A stretch of 64,000 bases of DNA, from contig CAXXKT010000001.1 of NCBI GenBank assembly GCA_963662405.2, forward strand, positions 1,056,001 through 1,120,000. Reading direction: 5' to 3'. This DNA is from Syntrophales bacterium. Lineage in GTDB: Bacteria; Desulfobacterota; Syntrophia; Syntrophales; UBA2210. Below the pieces are notes generated by a model. It worked only from the letters and a program-made list of their open reading frames with translations, did not search any database and was not told the DNA's origin. A program made the translations under genes and the position numbers. The stretch's first letter is position 1. Every line of letters begins with the position of its first letter. Below, piece after piece: positions 30,259 through 40,526 of the stretch.

Positions 30259-32163
30259 ATGAACACCGCCTTGTCGATCGGAAGATGGATGCGTCATCTT
30301 CTCATAATCGCAGTGACAGTCGTTCTGGCCTGCCCTTCCGTGTCGGTTTATGCAGCCGGATACAGTATGTATGTTGCTACGGAACCTGTCCCGGCGGCCT
30401 CGGTCGACTGCCTCTCCTGTCATGATGATTACCTGTTTCGGACGGCCTACCCCGCCTCGGTACACGGCACCCTCGGGTGTGCGAGCTGTCATGATGGTAT
30501 CGTGGATAGCGAGAGCCACATGACGGGAGCGGAACGCTCCACGCTCACGGTCTGCGGGAGCTGCCACGCCGTCATAGCGGAGGAATACCGGCTCAATTAT
30601 CATTATCTGCACCAGGATTTTCAGTGTTACGACTGCCACCGTAATATCCACGCCGTCCAGAGTAGAGATACATCGATGAAACAGGCGACACTCCGGCAGT
30701 GCACCGAATGTCATGCCAACGAGGAATACGCCCATTCGGGACACGGCATCGCCGTCGCGGAGGGGAATGAGGATGCGGCGACCTGTTCGGACTGTCATGG
30801 GCTCCACAGCACGCGGGTCTACCATACGTCCCAGCAGGAATATCCCGCCGAGGCGCGGGAGTTCTATACTCGGACCTGCGTCAGGTGCCATGACGATCGG
30901 GGGATGATGGTCCGCAACGACCTCTCGACGTCCACCGTTGCGTCCTACCGGAGGACCTATCACGGGAAGGTCCAGGACATTGGTCACCCCACCCTGGTTG
31001 CGGGGTGTGCCGACTGTCATACCTCGCATAACATCCTCCCGAAGGATGATCCCGCGTCATCGATCCATCCCGACAATCTGGTCGAGAATTGTGGGAAGTG
31101 TCACACCGGCTTCCATCCGCGGTTCGTCGCCTATCAGGCTCACCCCGATTTCAGCAACCGGGAGCGATATCCCACGCTCTACTGGACAAACGTCTTGATG
31201 ATCGCGCTTCTGGGGGGAACCTTTCTCTTCTTCTGGGTGCATACCTTCCTCTGGTGGCGAAAGACGTATTGGGATAAACACTACATGGAAAAGATGGGGA
31301 TCAGGCCGCGCCTCCCCATGTCGGATACGGAAAGCCTGCAATCCATCGAACGGTTCTCGCGAAAAGATATCGTTGTCCACATCATCCTGGTCATCTCTTT
31401 CCTGACCCTCGTGGCCACGGGATTTCCCCTCAAGTATCATGATGCGCCCTGGGCACGGATCTTTGTCGAGCTGTGGGGCGGTGTTTCCCTCGCCGGGATC
31501 TTTCACCGGGTGGCGGCGGTGGTCCTCTTCGCCCTCTTTTTCTATATCCTGGTGCGGTCCGTCGGCTATCTCTTCCCGAGAAAGGCGGAGACACAGGGAT
31601 GGGTGGATCGTCTGTTTGGTGTGGAATCCCTCTTTTTCAACCGGAAGGACTGGCAGGACATGAAGGGGATGTTCCGGTGGTTCTTCGACCGGGGAGAACA
31701 ACCGCGATTTGATCGGTGGACCTACTGGGAGAAGTTCGATTTTCTCGCCGTCTTCTGGGGGATGGTGATCATCGGCGGCTCGGGGATATTCCTGATGGTT
31801 CCTGAATGGACCTCATATCTTTTCCCCGGTTGGATTCTCAATGTCGCGGCCCTGTTGCACTCGGAAGAGGCGCTCCTGGCCGCGCTCTTCATATTTACCG
31901 TGCATTTCTTCAATACCCATCTGATCCCGAAGAAATTCCCCATGGATCGAACGATATTCACGGGGAGGATAGCGCTTCATGAGCTCTATGAAGAGAAACG
32001 GGAACAGTACGAACGTCTGGTCGCCGAGGGAAAGCTGGACGAATTGAAACGGGACCATCCGGGTATATTCACCAAGCTTGTGTCATCTGTCTTCGGATTG
32101 GCGAGTCTCATCCTCGGCCTCCTCCTCGCCGTTATCATTCTCTGGTCGCTCATATTCCTGTAA
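30259..32163 (+). CDS. Nine-heme cytochrome c fused to a FdnI/HydC-type cytochrome b domain (CbcL-like quinol oxidoreductase)
   Basis: CLSCH, CASCH, CGSCH, CYDCH, CTECH, CSDCH, CVRCH, CADCH, CGKCH, then TM helices with His ligands (VVHIIL, FHRVAA, LLHSEEA, TVHFFNTH) and YWEKFDFLAVFWG. Confidence 0.9.
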   Translation: MNTALSIGRWMRHLLIIAVTVVLACPSVSVYAAGYSMYVATEPVPAASVDCLSCHDDYLFRTAYPASVHGTLGCASCHDGIVDSESHMTGAERSTLTVCGSCHAVIAEEYRLNYHYLHQDFQCYDCHRNIHAVQSRDTSMKQATLRQCTECHANEEYAHSGHGIAVAEGNEDAATCSDCHGLHSTRVYHTSQQEYPAEAREFYTRTCVRCHDDRGMMVRNDLSTSTVASYRRTYHGKVQDIGHPTLVAGCADCHTSHNILPKDDPASSIHPDNLVENCGKCHTGFHPRFVAYQAHPDFSNRERYPTLYWTNVLMIALLGGTFLFFWVHTFLWWRKTYWDKHYMEKMGIRPRLPMSDTESLQSIERFSRKDIVVHIILVISFLTLVATGFPLKYHDAPWARIFVELWGGVSLAGIFHRVAAVVLFALFFYILVRSVGYLFPRKAETQGWVDRLFGVESLFFNRKDWQDMKGMFRWFFDRGEQPRFDRWTYWEKFDFLAVFWGMVIIGGSGIFLMVPEWTSYLFPGWILNVAALLHSEEALLAALFIFTVHFFNTHLIPKKFPMDRTIFTGRIALHELYEEKREQYERLVAEGKLDELKRDHPGIFTKLVSSVFGLASLILGLLLAVIILWSLIFL

Positions 32164-32939
32164 GGAGCGAGGAGGCATTGCCTCAGTCCACCGATACCGC
32201 CCAAACGCCGATGTCCTTCACGTTTGTTCAGCCAAACAAGGCATTCGCGGTCTGCCACAGGAGTTTCAGAGTGACAGGCTGGACGTCCGTGGTTCCATGG
32301 GGCTGGAGTCGTTGCTGGACGAGGGCATGTCTCTTTTGATAGGCCCTGGAGGGAAGAAAGATAGAGCAGTTCGAATTGGCGAGTGTCGGAACCGTCATAT
32401 GAAATACCATTCGTATACGCACTCATAGCTACTATACACTCTCGCCAAGGGAAAAGACCGAGGCCCCCGACCGCCTTCTTGTTCGAAAGTACTGGTTGTC
32501 TTGTGGGGTAGTCGCCTCCTATGAGATCGTCTCGCCTATAATCTCCGTAACCGGCTTGATATCATGGATGAGAGCACCCACCTGCCCGTCTCCGGCAACG
32601 ACGGCAACCATGGTGGGATTGTTCGTGGAACCTGGTCGGCATCCCCATATATCGGACAGAAGGATACCCCCTTTCCGATTGAGCGATGGTTTCGTTCATC
32701 ACCACCCCGGGCTCTCATCGTGCACAGGTGATCGGTGCCGGATCAAGGGATTTATATGGCACGCAAAGTTTTTTTGATTGAATGCAGCACCAATATCTGT
32801 TATCATATGTTACCCCGTATGAAAGAATTTCAATGTGTTTCGCATCAGTTCGGCTGAGGTCGTTTTATTTTGTATACAATAGGTATGTCGGTGTGTCGTA
32901 CACGGCCGGATACTCGCCATTCTACAAGGAAGGGAACCC

Positions 32940-34412
32940 ATGATTACATCAGCTGAAGATAGTCCTCTCTTTCGTATCGCCAATCCCCGAAGCATCGCCT
33001 GTTTCGGCGCCTCGAACAATTTTATGCGGATGGGATCCATCATGCTGTCATCCTTAGAGGCCCTCGGGTATGAAGGGGCAATCTATCCGATCCATCTTTC
33101 AGACGAAAAGGTGCGCGGGCACACGGCGTACAAGAGTGTCCTTGATCTCCCCGAAATACCCGACCTGGCAATCATTGTCCTCCCCACAGAGGTAGTCTGC
33201 GAGGCGATGGAAGAATGCGGCAAAAAGGGGGTCCGAAATGCAATCGTCGTATCCGGCGGGTTTCGGGAGGCCGGCGCCGAGGGCGCCGCGATGCAGAAGG
33301 ATCTTGAACGAATCGCCGCCGATTACGGGATCAGATTCCTGGGGCCCAACTGTCTCGGGGTGGCGAATCCGCATATCAAATTGAACCCGACCCCGCTCCC
33401 GGCCGAAGGCCCTCCGGGGTTTGTCGGTCTGGCGTCTCAGAGCGGGAGCTTTATCACCCAGATGTTCAACTATCTCCACCGCCACGGCTTGGGGTTCAGC
33501 ACCGCCCTGAGTGTCGGGAACGAGGCAAACATCGATATCGTCGATTGCATGGAATACCTCGGGAACTGCCCGAACACGAAGGTGATTGCCCTGTATGTCG
33601 AAGGGATCACCCGCGGGCGGGCCTTCATAGAAGCGGCACGGGCGATTACTCCCCGCAAGCCGATCGTGGCCCTCTATGTAGGCGGTTCCGAGGCGGGCAA
33701 GCAGGCGGGACTGTCGCATACCGGTTCCATGGCCGGTCCGGACGAGATTTACGATGGCATGTTCCGCCAGAGCGGTATCGTCCGGGCGCACAACCTCTCG
33801 GAACTCTTCGATTTCTGTCAGGCCCTGGGGACCCTCCCCCGGCCGGGGGGAAACCGGGTGATCGTCCAGACCCACTCGGGAGGACCGGGTGCCGTTGCCG
33901 CCGACGCCCTCGGGCGCGCGGGACTTTCTCTCCCCAGCCTCTCGGAAAGCACCATCACGAAACTGCGGGAGGTCATACCGAAGACGGCCAGCACGAACAA
34001 TCCGGTGGATATGACCTTCAGCAAAAACCCCATGGATGATTTTCACCGAATACCGAATATTCTTTTGCAGGAAGAAAATGCCGACATGCTCCTCGTCTAT
34101 TTCCTGGCGCCGAATGTCTTTATCGAACGAGGGATGCGGAACAGGGGTGCTTCCCCTGACACGATCCGGGAAGAGGTGAGCAAGCTAATCGATCAGAATA
34201 TGAAGGCCTTTTTCAACCTCACGAAACAGTATGACAAACCGGTTATCGGGTATACCTATCGGAGTCTCCAGGAACAAATGGCGCAAGGTCTCTTGGAACG
34301 GGGTGTCCCAATTTATCAGGGACCTGAGCGCGCGGCGCGGGCCATGGCCGCCCTGCTTGCCTACTATCGGATGCGTGACAACCTCGTGTCACAGACAACG
34401 CCCGATCGTTAA
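32940..34412 (+). CDS. Acetate/acyl-CoA ligase (ADP-forming) alpha-type subunit
   Basis: NPRSIACFGAS, SGGFRE, FLGPNCLG, SQSGS, SVGNEA, SHTGSMAG (phospho-His), NNPVDM; no ATP-grasp domain. Confidence 0.9.
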   Translation: MITSAEDSPLFRIANPRSIACFGASNNFMRMGSIMLSSLEALGYEGAIYPIHLSDEKVRGHTAYKSVLDLPEIPDLAIIVLPTEVVCEAMEECGKKGVRNAIVVSGGFREAGAEGAAMQKDLERIAADYGIRFLGPNCLGVANPHIKLNPTPLPAEGPPGFVGLASQSGSFITQMFNYLHRHGLGFSTALSVGNEANIDIVDCMEYLGNCPNTKVIALYVEGITRGRAFIEAARAITPRKPIVALYVGGSEAGKQAGLSHTGSMAGPDEIYDGMFRQSGIVRAHNLSELFDFCQALGTLPRPGGNRVIVQTHSGGPGAVAADALGRAGLSLPSLSESTITKLREVIPKTASTNNPVDMTFSKNPMDDFHRIPNILLQEENADMLLVYFLAPNVFIERGMRNRGASPDTIREEVSKLIDQNMKAFFNLTKQYDKPVIGYTYRSLQEQMAQGLLERGVPIYQGPERAARAMAALLAYYRMRDNLVSQTTPDR

Positions 34413-35302
34413 TCGGCCGTTAGTGAACCGCGTTGTTGCATGGTAACTTCGAGGCGCCGCATCACCAGCGAACAGGAAAAGGTCAGGCCGAAGTAGAGCG
34501 CCGTAATGGTGATCCAGATCTCGAAGGTCAGATAGGTGGCCGCCATTAGTTCCATCCCCTGGAAGGTCAGCTCCTGGATAGAGATGACGGAGACGATGGC
34601 GGAATCCTTGATGGTCGATATGAGTTGACCGGCGAGGGGCGGGAGCATCCGCGGGATCGCCTGGGGGAAGATCACGAACCGCATCTGCTGCCGCCGCGTC
34701 AACCCCGCGGCCGTCGAGGCCTCCCACTGTCCCCTCTCGATCGATTGGATACCCCCCCTGATAATTTCGGTCATGTAAGCCCCCTCGTAGATTACCATGG
34801 TCAGAAGTGCCGACAGAAAGGCGTTGAACCGGCCTGGCGGGGCGAAGAGGAAGGAGATCAGGGCCTGAGTCCCGTCGGAGCGGGAGAGAATCCACGCATC
34901 GATCCGCAGGGCGGTCATGATCTGATTACTGATGAAGAAATAAAAGAGAAAAACCAAGACGAGGGGAGGGACATTCCGGATCAATTCGACATAGGTCCTT
35001 CCCACCATGCGTCTGAAGAGGCTTCCGCTGATCCTGAGGAAACCCATTGCCGCCCCGAGGGGGAGGGCGAGAAGGGTGGCCCAGATGCTGAGTCTGATCG
35101 TGGTCAGAAATCCCTCCATGAGGAGGTTTGTCACCCACCGTCCCTTCTCGGGATCATACCGGAAGAGGTAAAGGGGGATAACGGACCAGTTCCACTGATA
35201 CTGGAGAACCGCGATGGTCCGGTGTGCGAGATAGGAGACGATCGCCACCAGGAGGAGGGTGACAGCGATATCAAGTCGGGTGAGAAAAGGTTTTCTGTTC
35301 AC
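34409..35302 (-). CDS. Polar amino acid ABC transporter permease
   Basis: YVELIRNVPPLV, AYMTEIIRGGIQSIERGQWEA, IKDSAIVSVI. Confidence 0.92.
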   Translation of the reverse strand: MNRKPFLTRLDIAVTLLLVAIVSYLAHRTIAVLQYQWNWSVIPLYLFRYDPEKGRWVTNLLMEGFLTTIRLSIWATLLALPLGAAMGFLRISGSLFRRMVGRTYVELIRNVPPLVLVFLFYFFISNQIMTALRIDAWILSRSDGTQALISFLFAPPGRFNAFLSALLTMVIYEGAYMTEIIRGGIQSIERGQWEASTAAGLTRRQQMRFVIFPQAIPRMLPPLAGQLISTIKDSAIVSVISIQELTFQGMELMAATYLTFEIWITITALYFGLTFSCSLVMRRLEVTMQQRGSLTAD

Positions 35303-35345
35303 GACGGCGTATCATCCCCCGCTTGTGTATTACAGATGAGCATTC

Positions 35346-36179
35346 CTACCGGATCAGATGCTCCCAGTCCCTCGTTTCAAACCAGTAATGCTGCCGTTCT
35401 TTGAGCCACCCTTCCGCATCGACCACGCGAATCCAGTTGTCGAAGAAGTTCAGGGTGTCGATATCCCCCTTCCGGATCGCGAATCCGTTGGGTTCTCTGG
35501 TGAAGCTTCCCTCCAATGGGAGAAAGAGCTTGTCGGGATACTTGATTGCCTGAAAGGCCGGGAGCGGTGCCGAGGCCACCAGGGCATGCACCCGTCCGTT
35601 GAGGAGTTCCTGGACCGCCTGTGCCTCATCATCGAAGAGACGGAGCCGGGCACGAGGCATGTGCTTCTTGGCTGCTGTCGCGGCGGTGGTGCCGATCCGT
35701 GCGGCGATCGAGACAGCGGAACGATTGAATGCCTGAAGGGTGTCGAACCCGGCGGCCTGTTCCCTGCTGGCGAGGAGCGACATCCCCGAATAGTTGTACG
35801 GGATGGAGAAGTTGACCTTCTGATTACGATCAGGGCGGATCCCCATTCCTCCGATAATGACGTCGAATTTCCCCGTCAGGAGCGCCGGAATGATCCCTGA
35901 CCACTTGGTGGGAACGAAATTAATCTTCACCCCCATGTCGGCCGCGAGTCTCGACGCCACGTCGATCTCGAAACCGATGAATCTTCCCGTCTTGTCCTTC
36001 ATGGCCCAGGGGACAAAGGTCGACATCCCGACATTGAGAACGCCGCGCCGCATCACCTGCTCGATCGTGCTCTCGGCGACCAGTTCTTGCCTGACTCCCT
36101 CGGCGAAGGCGGTCTGTTGCATTGCGACCGCCAAGACAATGATGACCATGTACCGGATGACAATTCGTGTCTGTTTCAT
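35346..36179 (-). CDS. Polar amino acid ABC transporter substrate-binding protein (family 3)
   Basis: Signal peptide, GFEIDVA, WSGIIPALLTGKFDVIIGGM, VNFSIPY. Confidence 0.92.
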   Translation of the reverse strand: MKQTRIVIRYMVIIVLAVAMQQTAFAEGVRQELVAESTIEQVMRRGVLNVGMSTFVPWAMKDKTGRFIGFEIDVASRLAADMGVKINFVPTKWSGIIPALLTGKFDVIIGGMGIRPDRNQKVNFSIPYNYSGMSLLASREQAAGFDTLQAFNRSAVSIAARIGTTAATAAKKHMPRARLRLFDDEAQAVQELLNGRVHALVASAPLPAFQAIKYPDKLFLPLEGSFTREPNGFAIRKGDIDTLNFFDNWIRVVDAEGWLKERQHYWFETRDWEHLIR

Positions 36180-36217
36180 CTTTTCTCTCCCCTATGCGAT
36201 GGTATCACACCCTACCC

Positions 36218-37015
36218 TTATCCTTGTGGAACCTTTCTCACGCGGAGGCGTCCCTCGACCCGGTGAATGAGGTATGAGATGCTGGCGGTCATGATAAAGT
36301 AGATTGCGGCAACGGTAAACCAGACCTCAAAGGTCAGGAAGGTCTCCGCTATGATAGCCTGCCCCTGCATGGTCAGGTCGTAGATAGCGATGGTACTGAC
36401 CAGGGCGGAATCCTTGATCAGCGAGATTACCTGCCCTGTCAGTGGGGGAAGGATCCGTCTGATCGCCTGCGGAATGATAACATGACGGTAGACACCGGCA
36501 CGAGTCATGCCGAGGCTGGAGGCCGCCTCCCACTGCCCCCGCTCAATGGAGACGATGCCCGCGCGGAAGATCTCCGACATATAGGCGCCCTCAAAGAGAC
36601 TGAGGGACAGGATCGCCGACGTAAAGGCGTTAATCTCGATGACCGGTGCGATGACAAAGTAGATGAAGAATATTTGGACCAGAAGCGGCGTATTCCGGAT
36701 GGACTCGAGATAGACCCGCGCCACCCCCCGCGCGACGAGGGAATCGGAAAGCCTGAAAAGGGCGGTGGTAATCCCGAAGGCGAGGGCGAAGATCATCCCG
36801 GCGGCGGTGATCCGGACGGTCATCCACAGCCCCTGGAGAAGGGGGCCGGCAGCCCCGTTGCTCCACAGGTAACGGGGGATACGGTACCACTGCCAGTGAT
36901 ACCCGAGGCGCTCCGTTCCGATCGCCAATCCGATGATAATCAGCCCGGTAAGCAGAAGGTACTTGACCACATCCAGCACTGTACGTGCCGGGACGGAAGA
37001 TATGCGTCGCGCCAT
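36218..37015 (-). CDS. Polar amino acid ABC transporter permease
   Basis: IRNTPLLVQ, AYMSEIFRAGIVSIERGQWEAA, LIKDSALV. Confidence 0.92.
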   Translation of the reverse strand: MARRISSVPARTVLDVVKYLLLTGLIIIGLAIGTERLGYHWQWYRIPRYLWSNGAAGPLLQGLWMTVRITAAGMIFALAFGITTALFRLSDSLVARGVARVYLESIRNTPLLVQIFFIYFVIAPVIEINAFTSAILSLSLFEGAYMSEIFRAGIVSIERGQWEAASSLGMTRAGVYRHVIIPQAIRRILPPLTGQVISLIKDSALVSTIAIYDLTMQGQAIIAETFLTFEVWFTVAAIYFIMTASISYLIHRVEGRLRVRKVPQG

Positions 37016-37101
37016 GGGTGCTCTTTCATCATACCATGAGAGATTCACCACCTGACACAACATACAGATTTCGTTTCAATTGCGCAACAGAGAGATGGCC
37101 G

Positions 37102-38577
37102 TTACGCAGTTTTTGCTCCCGAAGTCGGCAGATTGAGAAAATGCCGGTAGTTGACCATCCGCATGAGGGCGCGGACGGCCCGCTCCGGTGTGGGGTATGA
37201 GACCACCTGGTGATTCATCAGATCCGACTTATGGTTATCGTATTCTCCCAGGGTGACCACGATGATCGGTTTTCCCGTTTTTTCGACCAGTCGCCGGGTT
37301 TCATTCAGGACGACATCGTCCTGTGCGGTGTATCCCTTTGCGAATTCCCGGGCGAAGGCGAGGGTTTCTTTCAGTTCTTTGGGTCCTTCCACGTTGTTTT
37401 TAAAGTCCATGGCACTCTGGATAGAGCCGCCCAGGGCTATGACGGAGTCGATCTCGTCCCATTCGGCCAGTACTTCCAAACACTTCAGATACGGTTCCGG
37501 CGTGATGACCGCCGCCATATCGACGGGGTTGCCATGACTCCAGTAAGGGGGGAGGACCGTGTTCAGTCGTTCGATGATCTCAGGCGAGAGTTTCGGTACG
37601 ACGAGGCCGTTTTCTTCGCAGGTATCGGCGGTGATGACCCCCCAGCCGCCGCCACGGGTCAGGATCCCCACACGATTACCGCGGGGAATCGGATAGGTGG
37701 AAAATGCCTTCGCGCAATCCGTGAGTCCCTGACTGTCCTCGAGTTCGATGATACCTGCCTGGCGGAAGGCCGCCCGCAGGACCCGCGATGAGACGGCCAT
37801 TGCCCCGCTGTGCGAGGCCGCGGCTGTGCCGCCTGTTTGTGTCCTTCCACCTTTAAATATCAGGACCGGTTTTTTTCGACATACCTCTCGGGCCACCTGA
37901 TATAGCTTGGAGTCGGTATCCAGTCCCTCCATGTAGGCGAGGATCACCTTTGTGTTCGGGTCCTCGGCAAAGTAGGCAAGATAATCCTCACACTTCAGAT
38001 CTCCCTCGTTCCCGCTGCTGACGAATTTTTCGTATCCGATTCCCTTGTTGTTTCCCCAGTAGAGCATCTGGACACCCACATTGCCGCTCTGTGAAAACAT
38101 CGATATTCCCCCGTGAAGTGGAACGACCGGGGGCATCAGGGCGTGGAGGCTGGACCGGGCGCCAAAGACCCCCATGGTATTGGGACCCACGAGATTGATC
38201 CCGTGCTCACGGGCCTTCGACACGATCTCCTCTTCCATCCGGGCACCTTCGGGACCCGTTTCACTGAAACCGGAGGTGATGACGACCACGTTTCCTACTC
38301 CCTTCCGGCCGCATTCGTCTATCAGTGCCGAAACGGTCGGTGCCGGGGTGGTGATGATGGCCAGATCGACCGTTCCCGGAATTGCCTCGAGAGACGGGTA
38401 GCAGCGAACTCCCAGAATCGACTCCAGTTTGGGATTGACCGGATAGACCTCTCCTTTGAAGCCCTCCTTCAGGATATTCAATAGGACGATAAACCCCCAT
38501 TTTACGGGGGTTGCGGAGGCCCCTATCATCGCGATACTCTCCGGGTTGAAGAGCCTGTCAAGATTTCTGTGCTGCAT
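37102..38577 (-). CDS. Acetate/acyl-CoA ligase (ADP-forming) alpha-type subunit, paralog 2
   Basis: LFNPESIAMIGAS, TSGFSE, VGPNTMG, SQSGN, SSGNEGD, ASHSGA, GNPVDM; AAGGAG RBS. Confidence 0.9.
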   Translation of the reverse strand: MQHRNLDRLFNPESIAMIGASATPVKWGFIVLLNILKEGFKGEVYPVNPKLESILGVRCYPSLEAIPGTVDLAIITTPAPTVSALIDECGRKGVGNVVVITSGFSETGPEGARMEEEIVSKAREHGINLVGPNTMGVFGARSSLHALMPPVVPLHGGISMFSQSGNVGVQMLYWGNNKGIGYEKFVSSGNEGDLKCEDYLAYFAEDPNTKVILAYMEGLDTDSKLYQVAREVCRKKPVLIFKGGRTQTGGTAAASHSGAMAVSSRVLRAAFRQAGIIELEDSQGLTDCAKAFSTYPIPRGNRVGILTRGGGWGVITADTCEENGLVVPKLSPEIIERLNTVLPPYWSHGNPVDMAAVITPEPYLKCLEVLAEWDEIDSVIALGGSIQSAMDFKNNVEGPKELKETLAFAREFAKGYTAQDDVVLNETRRLVEKTGKPIIVVTLGEYDNHKSDLMNHQVVSYPTPERAVRALMRMVNYRHFLNLPTSGAKTA

Positions 38578-38612
38578 CGTGTTACTCCTTGATGGGGTTT
38601 TTAACCCTCCTA

Positions 38613-38652
38613 TAAAATAACAGACCCCCTCCCGTGGCGGGAGAGGGTCTGT
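38613..38652 (-). terminator. Hairpin/terminator after the acyl-CoA dehydrogenase
   Basis: Reverse strand ACAGACCCTCTCCCG-CCA-CGGGAGGGGGTCTGT followed by TATTTT. Confidence 0.6.
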
Positions 38653-38720
38653 ATCAGATCTCGTGCCTGATGTCAAATACGAGATGCCACCAGAGAAAAT
38701 ATCATTCGTTTCGTATCTAT

Positions 38721-40526
38721 CTACTCATTGAAACTATTTTCCGCTATATCGACCGTCAGGCCGTCCGCCTCCGTCAGGACCGTAGCGAGGCCCTTAATCT
38801 TGGGAAGCTCGTACCCGAAGTGGTACCGCATGGTAACGAGTTTGCCCTGATAAAAATCGACGTTTTCGGGAGGCGCACCACTATCCAGGGCCTTCTGGGC
38901 GACGATCGCCTGCTTGAGCCACTGCCAGGCGATGGCGATGTACCCGAAGAACTCCAGATACACGGTGGCGTCGGCAAGGAAATAATCGGGCCCTTTGTTC
39001 GCTGCGATATCCATCATGTGACGGGTGACCTCCTGTTGGGTCCCCATCGCCTCTTTCAGGGCCTGGGCGTACTTCTTCAGGGGTTCCAGTGCTTCGGCCT
39101 CAGCGATGGTCTTCATGACCTCGTCCGCGTAAAGCTGCGCAGCCTTGCCCTTTTTCATCGTCATCTTCCGGCCGAGGAGATCCTGCCCCTGTACCCCTGT
39201 CGATCCCTCATGAATCGGATGGATACGCACATCGCGATAATGCTGTTCCAGGGGGAATTCCTCGCAGTAGCCGTATCCGCCCAGGCACTGGAGCCCGGCG
39301 CTCGTGGAGAGGATACCCATCTCGGAGGGATAGGTCTTGGCCACCGGCGTTAGGAGTTCGAGGAGTAAGTTATATTTTTCCTTTTCTTCCCCTTCGGTCA
39401 CGTGCTCGAGATCGTGGTAGATCGCGCATTGTGTCAGGAGGGAGATCGATCCCTCTACGATAGCACGTTGCAGGAGGAGAAGGCGCCTGATATCGCTGTG
39501 CTCGATGATCGGGACCTGGGGCGTCAAGGGATCTTTCTGGGAGAGTCTGCGTCCCTGAAGCCGTTCCTTTGTATACTGAAGCGACGCGTAGTATGCAGCC
39601 GAGGCGACTCCGGATGCCTCGAGACCGACACCGATACGTGCTCCGTTCATCATCTGGAACATATAGGCCAATCCCCTGTTCGGCTCCCCGACGAGCCAGC
39701 CGCGACAGTCATCCTCTTCGCCCAGACTGAGCTGGACGATGGGCGAACCGCGGTATCCCATCTTGTGATAGATCCCCGCTGAATGGACATCGTTGAATTC
39801 GAGCCCGCCATCAGCGGTGTATCGTTCCCGCGGAACCACAAAGAGGGAGATCCCTTTCACGCCCGCCGGTGCCCCCTTAATCTTTCCCAAGAGCAGGTGA
39901 ACGAAATTGTCGGCGCCGTCGTGGTCGGCTGCGGAGATGAAGATCTTCTGTCCTTTTACTTTATAGTAACCCTCATCGGTGGGCTCGGCTGTCGTGGCAA
40001 TGTCGGAGAGCGAACTACCCGCCTGGGGTTCCGTCAGGGCCATGGTCCCCTGCCACTCACCCGCCATCATCTTGGGGAGATATTTCTCCTTCATCTCGTC
40101 CGTTCCGAAGGACTGGATCAGACCGGCGGCCCCGGTTGTCAGGGAAGAAAAAACGGAGGCCGAAAAATTGGCGGCGCAGAAGATAAATTCGGCCAGAAGA
40201 TTAATCGTCAAAGGGAGCTGCTGCCCACCCACTTCATAGGGGAATTCGGCACCGATCCATCCGCCCGCTCCACACTCCCGCATGATTGTTCGCACATGGG
40301 GGTGCACCTTGACCCGTCCGTCCACTAACTCCACCGGGAGTCGGTCCATCTCTTCAAAATAAGGGTTGAATAGATCTTCTCCCATCTTGAGGGCCGTATC
40401 GAGGACCATGTCGAATACATCCCTGCTGTGATCGGCATAGTAAGGATACTGGGTCAACTGGCTTACATCAAAGACTTCATGAAGCAAAAACTTAAGATTC
40501 TTGTCACTTACGAACTTTTCAGCCAT
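38721..40526 (-). CDS. Acyl-CoA dehydrogenase (about 600-aa type)
   Basis: GTMALTEPQAGSSL, GQKIFIS, GISLFVVP, MFQMMNGARIGVG, QCLGGYGY, IHEGSTGVQ. Confidence 0.94.
   Translation of the reverse strand: MAEKFVSDKNLKFLLHEVFDVSQLTQYPYYADHSRDVFDMVLDTALKMGEDLFNPYFEEMDRLPVELVDGRVKVHPHVRTIMRECGAGGWIGAEFPYEVGGQQLPLTINLLAEFIFCAANFSASVFSSLTTGAAGLIQSFGTDEMKEKYLPKMMAGEWQGTMALTEPQAGSSLSDIATTAEPTDEGYYKVKGQKIFISAADHDGADNFVHLLLGKIKGAPAGVKGISLFVVPRERYTADGGLEFNDVHSAGIYHKMGYRGSPIVQLSLGEEDDCRGWLVGEPNRGLAYMFQMMNGARIGVGLEASGVASAAYYASLQYTKERLQGRRLSQKDPLTPQVPIIEHSDIRRLLLLQRAIVEGSISLLTQCAIYHDLEHVTEGEEKEKYNLLLELLTPVAKTYPSEMGILSTSAGLQCLGGYGYCEEFPLEQHYRDVRIHPIHEGSTGVQGQDLLGRKMTMKKGKAAQLYADEVMKTIAEAEALEPLKKYAQALKEAMGTQQEVTRHMMDIAANKGPDYFLADATVYLEFFGYIAIAWQWLKQAIVAQKALDSGAPPENVDFYQGKLVTMRYHFGYELPKIKGLATVLTEADGLTVDIAENSFNE

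Noticed and set aside
32755..32772. Sigma54-like TGGCACG upstream of the ACD gene
   Set aside because: No GC at the -12 position (GG-N10-TT).
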